This document shows positions 30,077 to 37,338 of a DNA stretch of 64,000 nt, in pieces. Location of the stretch: contig JANQGX010000059.1 in NCBI GenBank assembly GCA_028282885.1, positions 64,906 to 128,905 on the forward strand, given 5' to 3'. A model generated the notes under the pieces. That model searched no databases and had not been told where the DNA came from. It was given only the letters and a program-made list of their open reading frames with translations. The stretch's first letter is position 1. Each line of letters opens with the position of its first letter. Made by a program: the position numbers and the translations under genes. Source of the stretch: SAR324 cluster bacterium. GTDB taxonomy: Bacteria > SAR324 > XYD2-FULL-50-16.

Positions 30077-30831
30077 GGTTTACCGGTTTCTTGTTGCTTT
30101 TCTTTCATCAGTTTTTTTAGCTCTTTTTTGACAGATTTTTCCACTTCAACAAACCGCATTCCAAATCCCTTCGGAATATCTGTTTTTTGCCCTTTGTTGA
30201 CCCAGATAATCCTTGCTTCGATTTCAACCGTATGATTCTCTTCCAGGGTTAACTGCAATCTGAAAGGTTCATTCTGCTGTACGGTCTCCTCACTGATCAG
30301 GTAAAGTCCGCTTTTTGACAGATCGTGGGTGAACCCTTCAATCGTTTGGCGACTGTTTTCAATCACTGCTTTCAAGGCGGTTTTAACCCGGGGATCGTGT
30401 TTCCACCATTGCAGTCTGGGATGGAAAAAGGGTGCTCGCAGCTCCCTTGATAGCAGTGAACCGACAATAACGAGGCTGGATGTTATAAAAATTGTGTACT
30501 CCCAGGTAGTGAATGCGGTTTCAGCTCCAGTGAAAACCGAAATGCTCACCGATATTATCACCGCGCCAAAATACGCCAGGGACAGTATCCAACCGATCAG
30601 GTGAGATACAAATATCGCAATGGCGATAAAGGGAGAAACAAGGACGAATAACGTGTTTTGAATATCAAAGAGCCAGCTCCAATGAGTAAGACTTAAGTAT
30701 CTATAATCATTAACCGTAAAGCTGTAAGCAATAAACAGTACCGGAGAGAAAGCGTGAATTAACGCCAAAAGGTTTATTGTGAAGGGTTTGCTGGTAACTC
30801 CTTTTAACGCTGCTTGTTTGTTCATAGCCAT
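30073..30831 (-). CDS. 4-TM membrane protein with a C-terminal PilZ-like (candidate c-di-GMP-binding) domain
   Basis: Four hydrophobic helices in the N-terminal 130 aa. The cytoplasmic C-terminal domain has an R-rich segment (SRELRAPFFHPRLQ) and the DxSxxG motif (HDLSKSGLYL) typical of PilZ. Its stop overlaps the start of the PBP-MscS gene. Confidence 0.45.
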   Translation of the reverse strand: MAMNKQAALKGVTSKPFTINLLALIHAFSPVLFIAYSFTVNDYRYLSLTHWSWLFDIQNTLFVLVSPFIAIAIFVSHLIGWILSLAYFGAVIISVSISVFTGAETAFTTWEYTIFITSSLVIVGSLLSRELRAPFFHPRLQWWKHDPRVKTALKAVIENSRQTIEGFTHDLSKSGLYLISEETVQQNEPFRLQLTLEENHTVEIEARIIWVNKGQKTDIPKGFGMRFVEVEKSVKKELKKLMKEKQQETGKP

Positions 30832-30981
30832 TTTAATTGTATAGATTCATTGATATTTTAGGAGTGTAGCCTGGTTGATGATACGGAATGTTTATGATTA
30901 TTAAGGATTTACAGTTAATTACCCCCTGTTAATTATATCAAACTTCATTTGAAGGTCGGTCTTGCTATTGCAATTCGTTAT

Positions 30982-31464
30982 TTAGTCCGTTTTTTTAAAG
31001 TTGAACTTATACAAAACGTACGCGTTTCGACCGGTCAGTGGGGGAGGAGGGAATCGCCAGGTTTTAATTTTGGATATCAGGCATGCCTCAAGGACGGGAT
31101 GATTGATCTGGGAATTGACAATTTCCGGTGAAAGGGCTTTCCCATCCGCATCCACCTGCCAGTCGATCGAAATCACACCGTCGGTTGTCTGTGGTGGCGG
31201 AGTTACTTCAAGAAAGCGCTTGTAGCAGCCGTTCATCTCCTTCCATTTTTTAGCAATGGTGTTGCGGACTTCGTTTTTAATGTACGGCGACACGTCTGAT
31301 TTTCTATTGTTTCCGTTTTCCATTTGGCGGGGTGTCGTTTGATAGACAACCGCGGTTTGCGACTCGCGAAAAACGATCACGGCCAGAAGGACAATCACCG
31401 TTGCCAACAGGGCGACAATCAAAATCGTTTTAACTCTTTCTTGCGGATGTTGGTTTTTGTTCAT
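30982..31464 (-). CDS. Membrane-anchored hypothetical protein (single N-terminal TM, Pro-rich linker, C-terminal TonB-C/AgmX-like domain?)
   Basis: TM (ILIVALLATVIVLLAVIVF), a PPPQ segment and a C-terminal about 70-aa domain. The resemblance to the TonB-C fold is weak. Confidence 0.3.
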   Translation of the reverse strand: MNKNQHPQERVKTILIVALLATVIVLLAVIVFRESQTAVVYQTTPRQMENGNNRKSDVSPYIKNEVRNTIAKKWKEMNGCYKRFLEVTPPPQTTDGVISIDWQVDADGKALSPEIVNSQINHPVLEACLISKIKTWRFPPPPLTGRNAYVLYKFNFKKTD

Positions 31465-31685
31465 TTTAGACTCCGAAATTCAAACTTATCGGTTCTGCAA
31501 AAACCGATTGGATTACATGAAAAATATGCATGAGTTTTATATTATAGAAACTATTAGCAAATCTGCAGCTTGCTGCCGTTTTGGAAAATCGGGGAGCATA
31601 AGCTTATTGCGTCGAATTGCGAGACTTGCGGCAAATTCCTGATTTTCCGGGTTCGAACCCGAATCACAGGATGTTGAAAAACTAT

Positions 31686-33752
31686 CTAAAATAACAGGCG
31701 GAAGGCTTCGCAATGCCGAAACGTTTTTCTGAAAAGTTCCTTGTCGAGATTGACGGATGTTTGTTTCGAGACTTCAAGTAAATTAATAGCCAGCTTGTTG
31801 TCGCAAAAGGGGTACTGCACTGCCATTTGCGAGGTTATGTTCACCGCATCTTGCATCAATTCCAGCTTATCTTGTGGGCCTGTGGTGCCCGTGTTGATCC
31901 ACTTGGTCCGGTTCACCAGAAACTGTCGATGGATTTCCAGTTGTTTGGCAAGATACAACCCGGAGGTCTGCTCGACAACTCTTCTGAACAGACCGTCGGC
32001 TTTTTCATAGTTTTTTCGGATCACATTTTCGATCTGGGCACTGATCAGCACGGCTTCCCGGTGGTGCTCCAGTGCCGGGTGATGCCGACTGGCCTCAAAA
32101 AGCAGTTTGCTTATCTTACCGATAACCGCATCCCGATGAAAAGACCACTGCTTTCGGTAGACTCCCTGTTCATACCTGTCCAGAATCAGCAGGGAATCTT
32201 CCACCAATCCGGGATGAATGCTCGGCTTCGCCACCGTTTCTTCAACGACTTCGTAATACAAGCCGAGCGATCGGTAATGGAGTGGGAATCGGGCGGTTTC
32301 ATTGTTGAAGTACCTGAGTTTCTCTGTTGTAAACACACGTCTTCCCTCTTGAAACCGGGCAGTAATAAAATTGAGGATGGGGAGTCGTCTGTCTTTGAAA
32401 GCCGGATGCTTTTTCGAGCTGAACGGTTTCACCGGGACCAATACACCGACCTGGGACGTTACCAGGATGTCCGGCCGGATCTTTTCGACAAAATGCACAT
32501 ACGCCACCGGTCCGTGATCTGTATCGTCGTTGAGCAGCAGAACCGAGTTTCGCGGTAAATGATTGAGCAGCAATCCGGCATAATCTGCTGCAAAGGTATC
32601 CTGTCGAAGATTGTTTGCTTGAAAACTGTCAACCAAGGACCAACCGACAACTGTCACACCGACCAGGAGCGTAAGGAAATGCAAACCCGGCCTGACATTC
32701 CCTGCCAGATCCCTCAGCAAGGTCAGGCCGAAACCCAAATACACTGCACAAACAGATAGTGGAATCAGCAATGTGAATCGGTAGAAATCCCGCGTCAGGT
32801 CCGTGAATTCAGCTCGCCAGAACACAAGTAAAAAAACGGAACTGGACAAGACACCCAACGTCAGTCCGACAGCAATTGTTTTGGGTTTATGAAACCAAGT
32901 AGCGATAAATCCAAGGATGATAATCGGGAACGCAAGCGGTGAAAACTCGCTGATCAGATTTTCGACAAAAAAGGTTATGAATTTCAGACTGTGACCAATC
33001 GAAGCGGTTTTTAATACGTCGATTCCCGCATAGTTTTGGCGGGAGAGATAAGCCCACAAATCCGAAACATTGTTAATGGGGTTGAGAAAGAGGAACTGGC
33101 TGTGAAAATGAGCGGTAACCAGATGAAAATAGGGAAGCAACCCAAGAAAAAGACAACAAAGGACAAGCCAACTATCCCTCAATATCTCCTTTATTCTACC
33201 TGCGAGTAATATCGGAAAAGCGCCTGAAGCCAGTACGAGCAGTGGAAAATGATTGGACAGACCCAATCCGTATACGAAGGAAAACACGACCAGACACTGC
33301 CTGGTATAGTTTTCCCTGAGCTTTAATGCCAACACTAATAGCGCCAGAAACAAGCAGGCATTGAGCATGTAGACTTCGGCGACGATCGCCTGATGCCCGA
33401 AAGATGCGGATACTCCCAGCGCCAAAGCGGATATGCAGGCGATTTTTTTATCCCCGGTCAGACTACCGACAATCGAATGTACCAAAAGACAGGCAAGAAT
33501 CGCTAAAATCGAATTCAGCAGGTGGATTTTGAATGCGACGGTTCCGAACGGCAAAAAAGTAAAACATTTGGCCAGGAGTGTGTACAACGGATAGCCGGTT
33601 GGTTGGGGAATCCCGAAAAAATAGGAGGTCACCAGGAAGATGCCGGAATCTTCCATGGTGACGGTGTTCGACGAAGAATATAAATATAACGGCAATAATA
33701 AGCAGAACATCGGCAACGCCGGTCTTCCGCATATCCGGTCAATGATTCTCAA
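31686..33752 (-). CDS. DUF2723 / TMEM260-family GT-C-fold integral membrane glycosyltransferase-like protein (protein O-mannosyltransferase-like) with a C-terminal soluble domain
   Basis: About 11 TM helices in the first about 400 aa. The conserved N-terminal block MEDSGIFLVTSYFFGIPQPTGYPLYTLL matches the DSG...GIxHPPGYPLY signature of DUF2723/TMEM260. The C-terminal about 280 aa are soluble. Confidence 0.6.
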   Translation of the reverse strand: MRIIDRICGRPALPMFCLLLPLYLYSSSNTVTMEDSGIFLVTSYFFGIPQPTGYPLYTLLAKCFTFLPFGTVAFKIHLLNSILAILACLLVHSIVGSLTGDKKIACISALALGVSASFGHQAIVAEVYMLNACLFLALLVLALKLRENYTRQCLVVFSFVYGLGLSNHFPLLVLASGAFPILLAGRIKEILRDSWLVLCCLFLGLLPYFHLVTAHFHSQFLFLNPINNVSDLWAYLSRQNYAGIDVLKTASIGHSLKFITFFVENLISEFSPLAFPIIILGFIATWFHKPKTIAVGLTLGVLSSSVFLLVFWRAEFTDLTRDFYRFTLLIPLSVCAVYLGFGLTLLRDLAGNVRPGLHFLTLLVGVTVVGWSLVDSFQANNLRQDTFAADYAGLLLNHLPRNSVLLLNDDTDHGPVAYVHFVEKIRPDILVTSQVGVLVPVKPFSSKKHPAFKDRRLPILNFITARFQEGRRVFTTEKLRYFNNETARFPLHYRSLGLYYEVVEETVAKPSIHPGLVEDSLLILDRYEQGVYRKQWSFHRDAVIGKISKLLFEASRHHPALEHHREAVLISAQIENVIRKNYEKADGLFRRVVEQTSGLYLAKQLEIHRQFLVNRTKWINTGTTGPQDKLELMQDAVNITSQMAVQYPFCDNKLAINLLEVSKQTSVNLDKELFRKTFRHCEAFRLLF

Positions 33753-33892
33753 TACTGTCCTTTCGTATAATCAGTCTTGTTCCGATCGGCAGGATCGGGA
33801 TACAGTCTGCTCCCCTGTTCAGCGATATTAAATGGTTGGCGTCAATTCTGCAGTCGACAGGCTTCGGAATTGAGGTCGAACTTTGTTGTCGG

Positions 33893-36800
33893 CTATTGAT
33901 AGACGTACACCGCCCCGGAACTGGAACTGTTGTTGTCGCTGCTGGCGGTGGTGCCATTGGTGATAGTGGCTTGGTCGCTGTCTTCAAAATCTGCTCCCAC
34001 CGCTAGGGTTCCATTAGATAGGAACACGGTTGTTCCAAATTTGTCGGTAGCCTCGCTGTTGGCGGCCTTTATATAGGACTGCTGACTCCAGACAGTACCG
34101 TTGCGAGCATAGACGTACACCGCCCCGGAACTGGGACTGTTGTTGTCGCTACTGGCGGTTGTACCGCCGGTGATAGTGGTTTGGCTGCTGTCTTCATTTG
34201 GTGCTCCTACGACCAGAGTGTCGCCGGATAGGGATACGGCATTTCCGAAACGGTCGCCAGCGTTGTTGTTGGAAGCCTTAATATATGCTTGTTGGCTCCA
34301 AGAGGTACCGCTACGGGTATAGACATATACCGCTCCGGAATCCGCGCTGCTGTCGTTGCTGCTGGCAGCAGTGCCGTTGGTAACTATAGTCTGGTTGCTG
34401 TCTTCCAAGTAAGCTCCCACGGCCAGAGTGTCTCCGGACAGGGAAACGGCATTCCCGTAATAGTCATTGGTGCTGCTGTTAGCGGCCTTGATATAGGCTT
34501 GCTGGCTCCAGTTGGTCCCGCTGCGAGTATAGACATACACTGCCCCGGAGTTGGAATTGCCGTCGTCGCTGCTTGCGGTGGTACCGTTGGTGATCGTAGT
34601 CTGGTTACTGTCTTCTTGATCGACTCCTACGGCCAGAGTATCGCCGGAGAGGGAAACGACCTTTCCGAATTCGTCATAGGCGTCGTTATTGGCGGCCTTG
34701 ATATAGGCCTGCTGGCTCCAGTCTGTTCCGCTGCGGGAATAGACGTATATTGCCCCGGCACTCGTATTGCTGTTGTTGCTGTCGGCGGTGGTGCCGTTGG
34801 TAATCGTTGTCTGGTTGCTGTCTTCCTCATGAGCTCCTACGGCCAGGGTGTCGCCGGATAGCGAAACAGCTCTACCGAAATAGTCATTGGTCTCGTTGTT
34901 GGCGGCTTTGATGTAGGCCTGCTGGCTCCAGTCTGTTCCGCTGCGGGAATAGACGTACACCGCCCCGGATTGCAGATTGCCGTCGTTGCTGCTTGCGGTG
35001 GTGCCGTTGGTGATTGTAGTCTGGTTGCTGCTTTCGCACCAGGCTCCCACAGCCAGGGTGTCGCCGGATAAGGAAACCGCGTGTCCGAAACGGTCGTTGT
35101 TGTCGTTATTGACGGCCTTGATGTAGGCCTGCTGGCTCCAGTCGGTTCCGCTGCGGGAATAGACGTACACCGCCCCGGATTGCGGATTGCTGTTGTTGCT
35201 GCTTGCGGCGGTGCCGTTGGTAATCGTAGTCTGGTTGCTGGCTTCTCTCTCAACTCCCACGGCCAGGGTATCACCGGATAAGGAAAGGGCCTGTCCAAAC
35301 TGGTCCCAGTCTTCACTGTTGGCGGCCTTGATAAAGGCCTGTTGGCTCAGACTGGCGGTGACGGTGACGGTGACGGTATAATTCTGGGTCGAGCTGTCCC
35401 CAGCCGTAACGATATAGGTAACGGCACTGCTGAAGTCGTTGGCGGTGGAACCGCTGGTCTGGTTGGTCCCACCCACTGCAATCGAAGATCCGGTGGTTGT
35501 GAAGGTGGCCACCAGGGCAGTGACGTCCGTTCCGGAAGGAACCGTGGCCGAAATATTGGTGCCGGAGACGGTGGCGGTCACATCCGAAGAGAGGGCACTG
35601 TTGTCGGCAGCGAGGAAAGAGAAGGCCGTGATCTCCTTGGCAGATGACGAAGCCGTGATAACGGTGACGGTATAATTCTGGGTCGAGTTGTCCGCAGCCG
35701 TGACAGTATAGGTAACGGCGCTGCTGAAGTTGTTGGCGGTGGAACCGCTGGTCTGGTCGGTCCCACCCACAGCAACCGAAGATCCGGTGGTTGTGAAGGT
35801 GGCCACCAGGGCAGTGACGTTCGTTCCGGAAGGAACCGTGGCCGAAATATCGGTGCCGGAGACGGTGGCGGTTACATCCGAAGAGAGGGCGCTGTTGTCG
35901 GCAGCGAGAAAGGAAAAAGCCGTGATCTCTTTGTCGGATACCGAGGCCGTGGAAACGGTGACGGTATAATCTTGGATCGAGCCGTCCGCAGCCGTGACGG
36001 TGTAGGTAACGGCACTACTGAAGTCGTTGGCTGTGGAGCCGCTGGTCTGGTCGGTACCATCCACCGCAACCGAAGATCCGGTGGTGCTAAAGATGGCCAC
36101 CAAGTCGGTGACGTCAGTTCCGAAAGGAACCGTGGCTGATATGTCGGTGCCGGAGACGGTGGCGTTTACATCCGAAGAGAGGGCGCTGTTGTCGGCAGCG
36201 AGAAAGGAAAAAGCCGTGATCTCTTTGGCGGATACCGAGGCCGTGGAAACGGTGACGGTATAATCCCGTGTTGTGTTGTCCGCGGCAGTGACAGTATAGG
36301 TAACGGTGCTGCTGAAGTCGTTGGCTGTGGAACCGCTGGTCTGGTCGGTACCGTCCACCGCAACCGAAGATCCAGTGGTGCTAAAGGTGGCCACCAGGGC
36401 GGTGACGTCTGTTTCGAAAGGAACCGTGGCTGATATGTCGGTGCCGGAGATGGTGGCTGTTACATCCGAAGAGAGGGTGCTGTTGTCGGCAGCGAGAAAG
36501 GAAAAAGCCGTGATCTTTTTGGCGGATACCGAGGCCGTGGAAACGGTGACGGTATAGTCCTGTGTTGTATTGTCCTCAGACGTAACGGTATAGATAACGG
36601 CGCTGCTGAAGTCGTTGGCGGTGGAACCGCTAGTCTGGTCGGTACCGTCCACCGCAACCGAAGATCCGGTGGTGCTAAAGGTGGCCACCAGGGCGGTGAC
36701 GTCTGTTTCGAAAGGAACTGTGGCTGATATGGCGGTGCCGGAGATGGTGGCGGTTACATCCGATGAAAGGGTGCTATTGTCGGCAGCGAGAAAAGAAAAG

Positions 36801-36925
36801 GTCATAATCTTTTTGTCGTCTGAGTCTGAAGAACTGCCGCTATCCTGGCAGGCGACAGTAAACACCAGAGCCAAGATGGCCGGAAGTAAGCGTCGTATTA
36901 ACCAAAACTTTAGAGAATGGTTCAT
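33893..36925 (-). CDS. Lipoprotein: five near-identical 98-aa Ig-like tandem repeats followed by a seven-bladed FG-GAP (integrin-alpha-like) beta-propeller
   Basis: Lipobox (LALVFTVACQD). Five repeats of ITAFSFLAADNS.LSSDVTATISGT.ISATVP..TDVTALVATF.TTGSSVAVDGTDQTSGSTANDFSSAVTYTVTA.D..TQDYTVTV. Seven repeats of QQAYIKAANS...FG.AVSLSGDTLAVGA..EDSNQTTITNGT.ASS....SGAVYVY.RSGT.WS, which is the FG-GAP consensus. Confidence 0.8.
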   Translation of the reverse strand: MNHSLKFWLIRRLLPAILALVFTVACQDSGSSSDSDDKKIMTFSFLAADNSTLSSDVTATISGTAISATVPFETDVTALVATFSTTGSSVAVDGTDQTSGSTANDFSSAVIYTVTSEDNTTQDYTVTVSTASVSAKKITAFSFLAADNSTLSSDVTATISGTDISATVPFETDVTALVATFSTTGSSVAVDGTDQTSGSTANDFSSTVTYTVTAADNTTRDYTVTVSTASVSAKEITAFSFLAADNSALSSDVNATVSGTDISATVPFGTDVTDLVAIFSTTGSSVAVDGTDQTSGSTANDFSSAVTYTVTAADGSIQDYTVTVSTASVSDKEITAFSFLAADNSALSSDVTATVSGTDISATVPSGTNVTALVATFTTTGSSVAVGGTDQTSGSTANNFSSAVTYTVTAADNSTQNYTVTVITASSSAKEITAFSFLAADNSALSSDVTATVSGTNISATVPSGTDVTALVATFTTTGSSIAVGGTNQTSGSTANDFSSAVTYIVTAGDSSTQNYTVTVTVTASLSQQAFIKAANSEDWDQFGQALSLSGDTLAVGVEREASNQTTITNGTAASSNNSNPQSGAVYVYSRSGTDWSQQAYIKAVNNDNNDRFGHAVSLSGDTLAVGAWCESSNQTTITNGTTASSNDGNLQSGAVYVYSRSGTDWSQQAYIKAANNETNDYFGRAVSLSGDTLAVGAHEEDSNQTTITNGTTADSNNSNTSAGAIYVYSRSGTDWSQQAYIKAANNDAYDEFGKVVSLSGDTLAVGVDQEDSNQTTITNGTTASSDDGNSNSGAVYVYTRSGTNWSQQAYIKAANSSTNDYYGNAVSLSGDTLAVGAYLEDSNQTIVTNGTAASSNDSSADSGAVYVYTRSGTSWSQQAYIKASNNNAGDRFGNAVSLSGDTLVVGAPNEDSSQTTITGGTTASSDNNSPSSGAVYVYARNGTVWSQQSYIKAANSEATDKFGTTVFLSNGTLAVGADFEDSDQATITNGTTASSDNNSSSSGAVYVYQ
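35340..36840. repeat. Five tandem copies of an about 294-nt unit (intragenic), high nucleotide identity
   Basis: Directly visible as re-occurring strings (e.g. gtgacggtgacggtataat..., ccggtggt(g/t)gt(g/a)aaggtggccaccagggc(a/g)gtgacgtc). The shadow-ORF products in the six-frame track are also near-identical. Confidence 0.85.
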
Positions 36926-36948
36926 GGTTGCTCCGTATTCGTTTTACA

Positions 36949-36964
36949 GGCAATTCAAGGGCCT
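36949..36964 (-). promoter_or_regulatory. Candidate sigma-54 (-24/-12) promoter for the FG-GAP gene/operon
   Basis: The minus strand reads AGGCCCTTGAATTGCC, i.e. GG-N10-GC with a TTGC -12 element (consensus TGGCAC-N5-TTGCW). It lies 26 nt upstream of the ATG at 36925 with a GGAG RBS between. Two sigma-54 activators are encoded in the window. Confidence 0.25.
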
Positions 36965-37338
36965 GCGTTTATGAGAATTTGGCTGGGCATGTTGAGACTT
37001 CGATTATAAGGAGAGAATAGTTTGAATTCTGTCCACCCAAATGCCATCGACTGTTATACGCTGTCGAATTTAAAATGTTTGGCAATATGATACAAAATGA
37101 GAGCGGGAAAACAATTATTAAAAACGAACCAAAACCCGGTGTTCGCAAATCGCATTCAATAGTCCCGTTACTGAGTCGCAATTAGCCCCTTGGTTTTTTT
37201 AATTAGTTCGTTTTTGGTGTATCTTTATTTTTGACGAGATTTCAAACCCTTGTTATCATGCGTTAGCAGAGGCGGGAGGACACTTAATAGATAAATATTA
37301 TTTCGGAACAAGTAATTAACAGCTAAGTTTTTGTTTTA

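Noticed and set aside
31827-32558. 243-aa plus-strand ORF inside the DUF2723 gene
   Set aside because: It is antisense to a conserved multi-TM gene and no domain is recognisable.
34289-36974. Series of 65-190-aa ORFs on both strands within 33893-36925 (e.g. 34289-34861, 35439-35675, 35730-35969, 36027-36263)
   Set aside because: These are frame-shadows of the highly repetitive FG-GAP/Ig-repeat gene, and their near-identity to each other simply mirrors the tandem repeats. CRISPR was considered because of the periodicity, but the units are 294 nt, contiguous, protein-coding and have no spacers.
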